DNA of 64,000 bases from the NCBI GenBank assembly GCA_023150835.1, contig JAKLKB010000006.1, forward strand, positions 1-64,000, given 5' to 3'. Source of the DNA: Myxococcota bacterium. GTDB lineage: Bacteria > Myxococcota_C > UBA6777. A program made the translations under genes and the position numbers. Of the stretch, positions 50,001-57,963 are shown one piece after another. A model generated the notes under the pieces. It was not told the origin of the DNA and did no database searches. It saw nothing but the letters and a program-made list of their open reading frames with translations. Numbering within the stretch: the stretch's first letter is position 1; every line of letters begins with the position of its first letter.

Positions 50001-50841
50001 CAATCGTGCAGCGCGGTCTTTGTTCTTTGAATTTGGCGATGCGTCGGGGCGCAGCGCGATCTTTGATAGCGTCCAAGGGACCAACCAAAAGAATCTGCGG
50101 CTGCCTTCTTTTCAGTTGATCTACGCCAACAACCTCTTGGGATTGAAAGAGTACCGCAAGGCTTTGACGCAGTTTCGCAAGGTACACACGATGCCGACAG
50201 CGCTGCTTTCGGTGCTTCATCAATCGAAGGCATCATGGGGGATGGTGCGTTCGCTTGCGCATCTGGAGCGTTATGACGAAGCGCTACAGGAAATCGAAAA
50301 ACTCAAGATGCTCGATCCTGCGGCGGTCTCGCACCTGCCGTATATCCAAGGCTACATCTTTTGGAAGCAAGGCAAGGATAGCTTGGCGAGGCCGTTGTTC
50401 GAGCGTTTCATGCGAGAGCATCCTTATGGGGACGATGCGTCGCAAGTGCGGGAATGGCTTGCGCGGAGCTTGTTGAAAGCGGGGCGCGCAGAAGAAGCCA
50501 TCGCGTTGTTTACGCCGATATTCGAGCGTGATCGTGGGATGCGTCGACTTTATTTGGAGCATTACCATCTTGCGCGTGCTTTGTCGAAAGCCAAGGTGGA
50601 TCCGACGCTTGCGCGTGTGGGACTGCTGCATATCCGCAAGGCGCTCGAACTCCAACAAGATCAGCCCCGATTGATCGCCATCGAAGCCAGTTTGTTGCAT
50701 CTTCTCGGACAATTCGACCAAGCCAAGCGTCGGTTGCTTCGAGCGATCCAGTTGGATGCCCCACAATCCCCGCTGCGCCGAGAATATCAAAATTGGCTGC
50801 AAACATGGGAAGGTCGAAAGGTCGGCCTCAACAAAAATTAG
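41092..50841 (+). CDS. Giant (~3,250 aa) exported TPR protein with PQQ-type beta-propeller and helical C-terminus
   Basis: Signal peptide MLRGWSVGIWGLVGWLLCGVAWG; many TPRs; propeller repeats (ALRLSDGGVLW, MEAKTGKLRW, FDQQTGKPRW); 9.7-kb uninterrupted ORF. Confidence 0.8.
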   Translation: MLRGWSVGIWGLVGWLLCGVAWGQEEDWKLRDRDRRQKQILRRFQEIVEKKPDRGFAFQRMVEVGRRWPGLDRLVAEYRKKVKASPRRLAYSLILGHLLDHTGQREGALRAYEQALRLDPQNAMALQYKAAILQKLQRYEEAIKAYETALGVFKDAERKRRAYKALGTLWLLRKQPKKALGYWKQFLQMSPNNLLAREELAREMGRNKLYEEALLQWKEVLKRRGGGVARAGVLRQMGGLYEEMGKWPEAVGVYRQAMVLTQESHWLRRELSARVLQLHRENGKLAELAGYLQQQKRKSASDLSALAQLYDEMGRDKEAREMYAKALLANSRDSRLRLRYITLLEVGGDVAEGVKQYRLLIRNESSEPRYRMAFAEMLSRAGKQKESLAEMAEVARRFSRNTEILSRLAALYRRRRMHKEANALLRRLIAVDPRDPAHRNALGTYHFELGQKGQAQTIWRGILRSGLGTAAAYTALGQIYRSHNLDRDALEAFRKAARAAAKDPNVLRNLGEMFRRLLEEEGDLKAKELQEAIEVWKKIHLLAKLRPAKKEALRQLFALYHAQGTSYRLPVEYRQRLRKRPSDIEALRLLGEYYLWLARKERRDHAQARRYFERILDFQKDDIDAILTLEDLEARQSRWYLAKRYLLRAVEVDKKGRRTYYRRLYEYSLKLRQYQDAIQYARRVVELYPDDATAHAELARVYRKVGRAQEAVGAYQEALRLQPHNHGYHQTLGHLYRDMGQTDQAIERYNFVLKHAKEGNLIYDAAMQIMGLRTLAPKNDVLEVTLQTLSEQNPRELAYFRALAELYQRQGRMKEYRVAYLKAASSVDDKSQVYKKLAEAATEQGDLKKAIIYYRKMLEETPNPQPDQQMHLARLSFQVGDQVGARKLLFSILTENPNSARILRQVGELFDRHQLAEDAIYSYELFLELQPMESAVRVRLAELYLQKQMNEPAMGLLESVFWQEEEKALRSVAKKTSKPKKANSPTPSRAYGRSIRHRPIHLSSSYYARRMRYMRLYQSRPQRIQALGLLLELYAKAGKLEEWDRRVELHLRYGWQDTGTFLRYEQTMLLEFLAAAYRERGWDERLRKMYEVMHEADPQNARWSQELAKLYIDQGLHEKAKALMFGIHRGGVQDIQMMLARVRLLVQLREEEQLTFQLRSLLYGSYTRNHHYMLQVLQELRKLPNTRLYEMFLRGLLQTGVAYYREAYQQMLVSVYLQSGKQDLAQKMLMARWKGGLSRAPLKQMETDRLGTARLLWPLLSSKEQEKLLQDAEQGVTDALLGGDPEKIRQALVTARAAVWVGRGQDAAQAYLPAMWSVGTKYQDGPFLRGVLSDLLRERQDIHALKLIKQEMAEQTTPHTEMGYLYSVLTHLSSRGGTPEASLGRYLEKALRRLHPRSRRPSVIRRGAVAINSMLEKRAWLALALRLGEVYLKGGDPKRGIWWLEACRWLDSEQAQEPALLNLLYEAYQEQGMNETAARYREKTRQAIGEILLRDLKGWELYLGLGAERDKALFSHIWLYLRNSPTMYTARYQLQRPSQMLRYQIQGIQRMSLLESYKVRIAPLAALYSPSGEIQKLVDLLKARRERVVDGETKRMLSLYVMGAYLWDWETRSTPSSLKELLARMDGLRKMPHSPQERFHLGLWHGRLLGEMQQPKQALAVYRELLTGASPAQERQVLLQIAEHANQASEEDQEKAAHVQLARKHNEPNSYRVLAQKALEAKQIGEAVRYFRGYMKGHLTLPQYRSLSGHLKKAEQEIQLAQFLLGVDTGDRVVFHLLRAIDAMRLERNRESYLFSMRMQQTLRTLQQAGRLEQQVEAWEKTRKETQVDDPYQMMLLSQAYGYLGKKQKRFEVLTAWLYVQPYEQALFRRWKVSFEHDALEGEQQKILERLRVLYAPPKPKPGGYDLFFGDIAFRKKRPAEALVSWKLAAKECSSTAALFSAAASPYRRNTFYARSACVQRVCQSMLKAGLTDEALQAAKDLLKKESSHYTRRSGVLNFARVFLAEKGYRAVVALGELLGMRSRSSGGSGLMTLDNVQLEWMGHLAQAQKGLGQEKERVESLFEIMSAKMVSPYQTRRQADILKDAGMWVAAEYVLWRAQQSATASMLVQFRMQLCDIWQRQGVGALCGLDQGREGVLDEGLLALRAEKAGLLFIAMLLRRRAWLRMPRQLEALDQFLKLSLALGRKEESAFLQRIRARWFVGQPPLGAVAEKARESSAGWELQVPAYCKTMSVQKGRLDTSDCTGKWSTMESSGSLRCQRRVVRAGRWVLTNDCRGRLVAVEADGGKVAWVKQLVQVKTREVVERAQAMHRSEVMWLDRHLNVADIRVDGEDVWVAINEAWFEWGNGWVSGIQHRLHLLRVRQKDGAIQASKVFAGNYVRGRVHLEGERLLFRGRRLYALSRRDATVLWESGALGTRGTWLLDMGSSLPLVVSGGYVFGESDGFVRALRLSDGGVLWSQRLHQGVRALDADASHLVVVLVDGSLWSMEAKTGKLRWKAWLRSGHRRYVHVWWAGFELPFREGEHALLTKAGVLASTSDGWLALFDQQTGKPRWEREVGEIVWHAPRPLGDGEEVLLLGQMGTASRLRLSDGALLWKGRFSQMPQRGWLNKFHHSQAIAMGRGLLFGAYQEDHRFVLRTRSFVAATSSDSSKEKVLSFVRQLRAEGRSVWADRILSYAADAERGEDQVYFSALSASGHLSKIQRLRWITAKLRYASDLRGALLEMEPMLRTLGVLKPPAYFAAYDKQAVKDYATQFLLYYWLHRKRSGDSMETWWQLVRSSYRVLQLDSPFARRVMALLLTEGTPVVRWWAAATLAAWGSSAGHRVLLQGLAKRGEYRAVVLSTLQQDWVMRILVHWSYALRWEGLLGRRDLADAEVLLRSYHPLVRNLSALFIADHLSKERPEDQRFDTPLLRATLRRILNDRGVAVQTTSEAQTWRMQAAIAMARLGERVGIEGLRLLVRQSNNATLRNRAARSLFFEFGDASGRSAIFDSVQGTNQKNLRLPSFQLIYANNLLGLKEYRKALTQFRKVHTMPTALLSVLHQSKASWGMVRSLAHLERYDEALQEIEKLKMLDPAAVSHLPYIQGYIFWKQGKDSLARPLFERFMREHPYGDDASQVREWLARSLLKAGRAEEAIALFTPIFERDRGMRRLYLEHYHLARALSKAKVDPTLARVGLLHIRKALELQQDQPRLIAIEASLLHLLGQFDQAKRRLLRAIQLDAPQSPLRREYQNWLQTWEGRKVGLNKN

Positions 50842-50880
50842 GGGTGGGGAAGAGGAGGGGTGGGAGGATGGGGCGGGTTA

Positions 50881-50993
50881 GACGATATCCGAGTGATGTG
50901 TGCGCAAAGGATAGTGTGTAGATGCCCTGTGGTTGGGCAGCCACACCTGTCTGCCCCTACATCTTTACGCTCCCACAACGAGCGGATTTCGTC
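50881..50993 (-). repeat. Family B REP-like element copy
   Basis: GACGATATCCGAGTG...TTGGGCAGCCACACCTGTCTGCCCCTAC...GCGGATTTCGTC, between convergent genes. Confidence 0.85.
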
Positions 50994-51281
50994 TTATTCT
51001 TCGTCGCCGTTGACGCGCTCGCGCAGTTCTTTGCCGACGGTGAAGAAGGGGATGCGTTTGGGTGGGATCTCAACGGGGCTACCGGTTTTGGGATTTCGAC
51101 CCGTGCGAGCATCGCGGTGTTTGACGGTGAAGCTGCCAAAGCCACGGATCTCGATACGCTCACCACGGATCAAAGAGTTGCGCATGCTATCGAAGATGGT
51201 GTTGACGACGGATTCGATATCTTTTTTGGAGAGGTCTGTACGTTTTTCGCTGATGGCGAGGACGAGTTCGCTTTTGGTCAC
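50994..51281 (-). CDS. ihfB: Integration host factor subunit beta
   Basis: MTKSELV...GERIEIRGFGSF...GRNPKTG...GKELRERVN; downstream of rpsA. Confidence 0.93.
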   Translation of the reverse strand: MTKSELVLAISEKRTDLSKKDIESVVNTIFDSMRNSLIRGERIEIRGFGSFTVKHRDARTGRNPKTGSPVEIPPKRIPFFTVGKELRERVNGDEE

Positions 51282-51951
51282 GGTGGACTCCTTTTTTTTC
51301 TCGCAGGATCCAGAGAGCGTTGGTGGATCCGAACAAAAGGTTGAGTTTCTCCAAACGGAGGATGTTTGCTTTGGTGCTCATCCGATCGGGGAACGGATGT
51401 GACGGGATGGGCAACGTAGGTTGTGGAGAGAACGGATATCCGTCATTCCACGTCGGCTCATCGGAGCATGGATTGTTGTTGGTGTGCAAAGGACAAAGAC
51501 GAGGACGGATCCGCCCGAGATAGGAGAGGCAGATGTCGGATGTGCGGTGTCTGCTTGGAAGCATCCGTGCGTCCTTGCGGGCTTTTTCGTGCGCCACTTC
51601 TTCGGTGCTGAGAGTTGCAACGAAAGAAAGCGGCAGATCTGTGTCAAGCATGAACCTTCAACAGATGAAGGTGGCTGCAGCGTTATGTTGCGACGAAAGA
51701 GAGCGGCAGATCTGTGTCAAACCGTGACACAAGAGAAAAAGCGATGAGTTCTGAGGCGCAACCCACGAAGGGGATCGCGGTGGATGGACCTCAGAAAAGA
51801 AAGAAAGAGATCTCTCTTCTTTTTCGTGTCTGTCTCTTGTGAGGCTAAGATAGCGAAACTTTTAAAAAAATCAAGAAATTCTTTTGGTTTTGAACAAGAA
51901 ATTCTTTTTGGGAAAGCAAGAGGGGGTGGAGTGGGGTGGATGCGATGCGGG

Positions 51952-53643
51952 TTATTTCTCTTCGTGGAGGTGTCCGCGCAAGAGGGCACCGAGGCTGGTG
52001 GAGGCTTCGCCTTGGTCGGCGTAGTTGTTGTCATCGTGGGCTTGACGGATGGAGAGTCCGATTTGGCGTTTTTCGGTGTCAAGGTTGATGACGCGGACGC
52101 GGACTTCTTGTCCTTCTTTGAGTTCGTCGGTGGGGTTTTCGACGCGATCATCGGAGATCTCGGAGATATGGACGAGACCTTCGATCCCGGATTCGAGTTC
52201 AACGAAAGCGCCAAAGTCGGTGAGTTTTTTGACGTTGCCTTGCCAGACGGAGCCTTCGCGGTAGCGGACGGGGATATGGCTGCTCCAAGGATCGGGGCCG
52301 ATATCTTTGATGGAGAGGGAGAAGCGTTGGTTTTGTTCGTCGATGTTGGTGACGATGGCTTCGACTTCTTGGCCTTCTTCAAACATTTCAGAGGGATGTT
52401 TGACGCGTTGAACCCAAGAGATATCGGAGATGTGGACGAGGCCGTCGATGCCTTCTTCGATACCGACAAAGATGCCGAAGTCGGTGATATTGCGGATCTT
52501 GCCGACGATCTTGCTACCGAGGGGATATTTCTCTTTGAGTTGGCTCCAAGGGTTGGGTTCGACTTGTTTCATGCCGAGGCTGATACGACGGTTGTTGACG
52601 TCGATATCGAGGACAACAGCATCGACGGTTTGGCCGACGTTGACGACTTTGGAGGGGTGTTTGATGCGTTTGGTCCAAGACATCTCGGAGATGTGGACGA
52701 GACCTTCGATGCCTTCTTCGATCTCGACGAAAGCGCCGTAATCGGTGAGGCTAACGACTTTGCCGGAGACGCGGGTTGCGGGTGGATAGCGTCGTTCGGC
52801 GTTGTTCCATGGGTCTTCGGTGATTTGTTTGAGTCCGAGGGAGACGCGTTCGGTGTTTGAATCAAACTTGAGGACTTTGACCTTGATTTGATCGCCGACG
52901 TTGAAGCGTTCGGAGGGGTGGTTGATGCGGCCCCAAGACATATCGGTGATATGGAGAAGGCCGTCGATACCGCCGAGGTCGACGAAAGCGCCGTAGTCGG
53001 TGATATTTTTGATTTGTCCGTCGAGGATCTGGCCTTCTTGGAGTTTGTCGAGGGTGTCCTTTTTGAGGGCTTCGCGTTCTTCTTCGAGGAGGGCGCGACG
53101 AGAAAGGACGATATTGGAGCGTTTTTTGTTGAACTTGATGACTTTGAATTTGTAGCGTTGTCCGATCAGTTTGTCGAGGTTACGAACAGGGCGGAGGTCG
53201 ACTTGGGAGCCGGGGAGGAAGGCTTTGACGCCGATATCGACGGAGAGGCCGCCTTTGACACGTTGAACGATGACACCTTCGACGACTTGGTCTTCTTCGC
53301 AGGCTTTGGAGATCTCTTCCCAGATCTTGAGCTTGTCAGCTTTTTCTTTGGAGATACGGCAATGGCCGTCGTTGTCTTCGAGGATTTCGACGAGGACATC
53401 GACTTGATCGCCGGGTTTGATAGAGAGAGATTCGCTGTTGTAGCCGAATTCGCGAAGAGAGATCTCGCCTTCGGATTTGAAGCCGATATCGATAAGAACT
53501 TTGTCTTTTTCGATTTTGACGATGGTGCCGCGTACGATAGCGCCTTCTTGGATCATGGATTCGCTTTTTTCTTGTTGTTCCAAGAGGGCGGCAAAGTCCT
53601 CTTCGTCGTGAAGAGGCGAGTTGTGTTCAACGTGATCGATCAT
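51952..53643 (-). CDS. rpsA: 30S ribosomal protein S1
   Basis: Six S1 repeats (DYGAFVDLGGIDGLLHITDMSW etc.); cmk-rpsA-ihfB synteny. Confidence 0.97.
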   Translation of the reverse strand: MIDHVEHNSPLHDEEDFAALLEQQEKSESMIQEGAIVRGTIVKIEKDKVLIDIGFKSEGEISLREFGYNSESLSIKPGDQVDVLVEILEDNDGHCRISKEKADKLKIWEEISKACEEDQVVEGVIVQRVKGGLSVDIGVKAFLPGSQVDLRPVRNLDKLIGQRYKFKVIKFNKKRSNIVLSRRALLEEEREALKKDTLDKLQEGQILDGQIKNITDYGAFVDLGGIDGLLHITDMSWGRINHPSERFNVGDQIKVKVLKFDSNTERVSLGLKQITEDPWNNAERRYPPATRVSGKVVSLTDYGAFVEIEEGIEGLVHISEMSWTKRIKHPSKVVNVGQTVDAVVLDIDVNNRRISLGMKQVEPNPWSQLKEKYPLGSKIVGKIRNITDFGIFVGIEEGIDGLVHISDISWVQRVKHPSEMFEEGQEVEAIVTNIDEQNQRFSLSIKDIGPDPWSSHIPVRYREGSVWQGNVKKLTDFGAFVELESGIEGLVHISEISDDRVENPTDELKEGQEVRVRVINLDTEKRQIGLSIRQAHDDNNYADQGEASTSLGALLRGHLHEEK

Positions 53644-53837
53644 GCTGTTCCTATTCCTTATGGTGGAGCCGAGGGGGAGAGTTGGAGATCAACAGACCCC
53701 TACAAAAACGTATCTTTTTTGTGCGTAACTTGTTGAAGTTGGTCAAGTTTTGCATCAAAGAAGGTGTACCCTAAACGAGACAGGGTTGTCACTATAGAAA
53801 GCTTTTTTTGACTCGTCAAGGTATTTTTAAGGTTTGA

Positions 53838-54566
53838 TCAATGAAGTTCGTGGAGTGGGGGTGGAGGGACTTTGGGTAGAGAGGGGAAGCGGGCGTAGGT
53901 GGCATCGAGCATTTGTTGGAGGACTTGTTGGGGGGAGAGGGAAGAGGTGTCGATGCGGAGGGCATCTTGGGGGCATCGGAGTGGCGCATGGGTGCGTTGT
54001 GTATCGGCGCGATCACGGGCTTCGATCTGTTGTTGGATCTCTTTGAGGGAGGTGGAGGAGTTGGGGCCGAGTTGGCGGAGTCGTCGTAGGGCGCGTTCGT
54101 GGGCGCTGGCGTCGAGGTAGAATTTGAGGGGGGCGTTGGGGAAGACGACGGTTCCGGTATCGCGGCCTTCGAGGACAGAGGGTCCTTGGAGGGCGAGGTG
54201 TCGTTGTTGAACGAGGAGGAAAGTACGAACGGAAGGATGGACGGAGACAGCGGAGGCACCGATGCCGATCTCGGGGGTGCGGATGGCGTCTTCGACATCT
54301 TGATGATTGAGGAAGATGCGGCGTTGTCCGTGTGTGTGGTGAAATTGGAGGTGTACGGAGGGGAGGAGTGCGGCGAGTTGGGACTCATCGTCCCAAGGGA
54401 TGTGGGCTTGTTGAGCGGCGAGGGCGAGGGCGCGGAACATGGCGCCTGTGTCGATGTAGGTGAATCCGATGGTTTCGGCGAGGGTGCGGCTGAGTGTGCT
54501 TTTGCCGGCCCCAGCGGGGCCGTCGATGGTGATGATGGGGTGGGGGAGGGGCGATGTTGTGGGCAT
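53838..54566 (-). CDS. cmk: Cytidylate kinase
   Basis: ITIDGPAGAGKST, DTGAMFR, EGRDTGTVVFP, RDRAD. Confidence 0.95.
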   Translation of the reverse strand: MPTTSPLPHPIITIDGPAGAGKSTLSRTLAETIGFTYIDTGAMFRALALAAQQAHIPWDDESQLAALLPSVHLQFHHTHGQRRIFLNHQDVEDAIRTPEIGIGASAVSVHPSVRTFLLVQQRHLALQGPSVLEGRDTGTVVFPNAPLKFYLDASAHERALRRLRQLGPNSSTSLKEIQQQIEARDRADTQRTHAPLRCPQDALRIDTSSLSPQQVLQQMLDATYARFPSLPKVPPPPLHELH

Positions 54567-54629
54567 GAGCTTCCGTTGGGTTGGTTTTCAATGCTTGTCC
54601 GCCCCGAAGGACGGATGCGACGGTTGAGT

Positions 54630-54775
54630 TTGATTTGGTTTTGATGTCTGTTCGGCTCGAACGACGGTCAGGGTGGTTGATTTGGTTTTGGTGTCTGTTC
54701 GGCTCGAACGATGGGCTGGACGGTTGATTTGGTTTTGATGTCTGTTCGCCTCGAACGATGGGCTGGACGGTTGAT
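54630..54775. repeat. Intergenic tandem repeat, 47 bp x ~3
   Basis: TTGATTTGGTTTTGRTGTCTGTTCGSCTCGAACGA... at 54630, 54677 and 54724. Confidence 0.9.
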
Positions 54776-54791
54776 GTTGATTTGCGTTGAT

Positions 54792-55466
54792 CTACGGTTG
54801 TTTTGGAGGGGCCGTTTGTTGTTTTGGAGGGGAAGGCTGGAGGGTGGGAGGGGTGGTTTGTTGTTTTGGAGGGGAAGGCTGGAGGAAGGATTGGAGTTTT
54901 TGGACAAAGGCATCGAGTTCGATGGGCTTGTGGTGGTGGAGGTGTTGAAGTTGAAAGCGGCCTTTGGTGTTCCACGAGCCAGCGGCGATGTTGCGAGTAT
55001 CGCGTAGGAGGAAGCGTTTTTGTGTTTTGGGATCTTCGAGGATGGCGAGTTTTCCGTAGGCCATGCCCATGACGTGAAAGTAGCGGGGGTTGTGTTGGCG
55101 TTCGAGGAAGACGAGGGTTTCTTCGCCGGCTTTGAAGCGAGCGGAGCCGGGGACATGGCTTCCGATGCTGTGGATGGCTCCGCCGACTTGGCGGATATCG
55201 ATCTCTTGTTGTTGGGGATCGCCTTTGAAGCGTTGGATGACGGCGATCTTGATGTAGGTGTAGATGCGGCGATCTTTGGCGTGCCATCGGGCGTTGACGC
55301 TGAGGACGCGGCCTTGGATGATGGTGTGTGCGCGTTGAGCCATCTGTTGATCGTCGAGTTTGACGATGATGGTGGCTTGTGTGAAGGGGGAGGCCAAGAA
55401 GAAGGCGGCCAAGCCCAACAAGATCGTAGAGAGCGGCTTCAAGATCGCGGAGAGCGACTTAGGCAT
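54792..55466 (-). CDS. Exported hypothetical protein, partner of the matrixin gene
   Basis: The C-terminal part of track ORF 54792..57287 is the real gene: MPKSLSAIL... signal, then IIQGRV...IYTY...QVGG...VPGSARFKAGEETLVFL. GGAG RBS; overlaps the matrixin stop. Confidence 0.75.
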   Translation of the reverse strand: MPKSLSAILKPLSTILLGLAAFFLASPFTQATIIVKLDDQQMAQRAHTIIQGRVLSVNARWHAKDRRIYTYIKIAVIQRFKGDPQQQEIDIRQVGGAIHSIGSHVPGSARFKAGEETLVFLERQHNPRYFHVMGMAYGKLAILEDPKTQKRFLLRDTRNIAAGSWNTKGRFQLQHLHHHKPIELDAFVQKLQSFLQPSPPKQQTTPPTLQPSPPKQQTAPPKQP

Positions 55467-57753
55467 AACGGGATCTCCTAGAGGTACGGGCGAGGACAAA
55501 GAGGGCCAGTAAGAGCACCAGCCACGCCACAAAGGATGAGGATGACTCGCTATGTTCGCAACCGCAGCCGGCGCGTTTGGGTCGGCAGGGGTTAACGCTG
55601 CAATCGCTTTGGGAGGCGGGCCAGCAGCCGAGGTTGATGTTGGGGAGTCCTTCGATGCAGAAGAAGCCGTCTCCGCAGCTTGCGGGAGTGGAGGGAAGGC
55701 AAGTGCGGCTACAGGTGCCTTTTCCGTCGAGAACGATGCAAGTGAGTCCGGGGACGCAACCTTCGTCGCCTGCGCAGACAAAGCCGAGGGTGCTGCGGCA
55801 GACGTTGTTGATGCACTCTTGGCCGGAGGGACAGGGGCCACGCCCACCGCAGTTGACTTCGGTGGCAGCGCAGGCGTTGTTGAGGCAGCGCAAGCCGGAG
55901 CCGCATTGGTTGTCGGCGGTGCAAGTTTTGGGGACGCAGCGGCCTTTTCCGCTAAAGATGCTGCAAGTCTCGGTTGGACCGCAAGTATTGTTGCAAGCGT
56001 CGATTTGTTTGCAGCGTTGTTCGATGCATTTTTGGGGGGAGATGCAATCGCTGTCTTGGGAGCAGGTTTGGGCGCTGCCTGTCGTGCAGATACCGCCGAG
56101 GCAGATCTCGCCGCCGGCGCATTGTTGGTTGCTTGCGCAGGGGGTTCCGGGTTGGCAGAGGCTGTTGGCGCAGCGGTGGCGTGGGGGGCATTCGGCATCG
56201 GAGCCGCCGCATTCTTTGCGACAGAATCCGAGTTCGCAGCGGTGTTTGGGTTCGCAGTCGGTGTTGGCGGTACAAGGCGAGCAGCGCTCGTTTTTGCAGA
56301 CGCGTCCGGTGGGGCATTCTGCGGCGCTTTTGCAGGGTTCGGTGCCGGTTTCTTGGGTACAAAGGCCGACGGTGTTGTTGGTGTTGGCGACGGCGATACA
56401 ACGATACCCTGAAGGGCAAGCACCGTTGGCTCCGGGGCGACAGAGGAAGCGGCATTTTTTCTCTTGGGTGTTGCAGCCGAGTTCGTATTCACAGGGGGCT
56501 TGATCGCTACAATCCATGCCTTCTTTTCCGCCATTGTTGGGGGGGATGCAAAAGCCTTTGGTGTAGTTGGTGCCTTCGGCGGCGATGCAGCGGAGGTTGC
56601 CTTCGCAGCGGGCAGCGAGTGGGTCGCAAGGAGTGCGGCAGCGGTCGCCATCGCCTGCGTTGATACATTGGAGGTTTCCGCAGCATCGTTGTTGGGCGGT
56701 ACAAGCGAGTCCTTCGTTGGTGCAGGCTTGATCGTTGACGCAATTTCCGCTGATACATTTGAACGGATCGAGGCAATCGTTGTTGCTGCGGCAGCAAGGA
56801 TAGGGAGTTGCGCCCGCGCAGGTGTTGAGGGAGGGTGTGCAGTTTCGCCCGAGGATGACTTGGGCATTGTTGGGATCGGCGATGGGGGTGCAGTTGTAGC
56901 CGGCGGGGCAGACGCCGCCGTTGGAACAGTCGAAGCCACAGCGGTTTCCGTCGGTGAGGCCGATACAGAAATTTTTGGAGCCGAGGCAATCGTCGTTGGT
57001 GTTGCAGCTTTTGCAGACTTGTTGATATGGAGCGCAACGCTTGGTGTATCGGCCATTATAGCAAACAAGGTCAGGGCCGCTGGTTTCGGCATCTTTGCAT
57101 GCGGCTTGGGTGGGGTACAGATCGCGGATACCTTGGCGGTCATCATCGGTGAGCTGGCGTTTGCTGGTTTCGCCCGGGTTGGCGGAGGCGAACATCGTGG
57201 CGGTGACGACTTGGGAGTGCCACAGGCCCAAGACATGGCCGAGTTCGTGGGTGAGGATAGCTTGGAGGTCGTATTTGTCGTTGGCACCGATACCGATCGG
57301 GACGCCTTGGGTGTTCCAGTCGTTCATCGAGATATCGGCGTCAAGCATCTCGCCGTCGCGGGTGTTGTAGTAGGTTTCGGTGCGGGCAAGTTCGATCTCA
57401 CCGAACTTCCAGTTGGCTTTTTGGTTGATGAATTTGATCACCAGCTTTCCGTCGTAGCTGGCGGGTAGTTCGGTGTTTTCGACGGGAGCGAGTTTGAGCA
57501 GTTGTGGGATCGCACCAGAGATACCGTTCCAAGCGGCCACAGAGCTTGATAGTGCGCTTTGGATATCGGCAAACGGGATCTGCACACTGCCCGTTTTATC
57601 GAGGTTGATGGTGAGGGGGAATTTCCCGCGTTTCCAATAGCGTTCGCGGTTGTTCTCATCGATTGGGAAAAGCTCGTAAGCCCATACCCGCGAAACCGAG
57701 AACAACATCACAAACCAACACAAAACACATACGATACGTTGCCATTTTCCCAT
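55459..57753 (-). CDS. Matrixin (M10) metalloprotease with Cys-rich repeats and MYXO-CTERM-like anchor
   Basis: Signal peptide, DADI, HELGHVLGLWHS..ATM (Met-turn), many CxxxxxC repeats, C-terminal GCGC + TM + RR. Confidence 0.88.
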   Translation of the reverse strand: MGKWQRIVCVLCWFVMLFSVSRVWAYELFPIDENNRERYWKRGKFPLTINLDKTGSVQIPFADIQSALSSSVAAWNGISGAIPQLLKLAPVENTELPASYDGKLVIKFINQKANWKFGEIELARTETYYNTRDGEMLDADISMNDWNTQGVPIGIGANDKYDLQAILTHELGHVLGLWHSQVVTATMFASANPGETSKRQLTDDDRQGIRDLYPTQAACKDAETSGPDLVCYNGRYTKRCAPYQQVCKSCNTNDDCLGSKNFCIGLTDGNRCGFDCSNGGVCPAGYNCTPIADPNNAQVILGRNCTPSLNTCAGATPYPCCRSNNDCLDPFKCISGNCVNDQACTNEGLACTAQQRCCGNLQCINAGDGDRCRTPCDPLAARCEGNLRCIAAEGTNYTKGFCIPPNNGGKEGMDCSDQAPCEYELGCNTQEKKCRFLCRPGANGACPSGYRCIAVANTNNTVGLCTQETGTEPCKSAAECPTGRVCKNERCSPCTANTDCEPKHRCELGFCRKECGGSDAECPPRHRCANSLCQPGTPCASNQQCAGGEICLGGICTTGSAQTCSQDSDCISPQKCIEQRCKQIDACNNTCGPTETCSIFSGKGRCVPKTCTADNQCGSGLRCLNNACAATEVNCGGRGPCPSGQECINNVCRSTLGFVCAGDEGCVPGLTCIVLDGKGTCSRTCLPSTPASCGDGFFCIEGLPNINLGCWPASQSDCSVNPCRPKRAGCGCEHSESSSSFVAWLVLLLALFVLARTSRRSRYA

Positions 57754-57963
57754 GATCTCAGCCCTTTTCGTCAGACGTTTCAAGCGTCGCTTATACTAAA
57801 GGCTTCCGAGCAGACTGGCAAGAGATCCGTTTGTGGGGGGCGGCTATTGGCCATCTCGGCGGGCAGATCGATTTTGTAGAAGGGAGGAGCATTGTCGGGG
57901 GGGTAGCGAGGATACGGAGGGATGGGGATTTGTCGGTATGCAAGGGAAGGTGTGCAGAAAACG

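Noticed and set aside
55467-57287. N-terminal ~600 aa of track ORF 54792..57287
   Set aside because: Ala/Pro/Ser/Thr-rich alternative frame overlapping the matrixin gene; only the part from ATG 55466 looks real.
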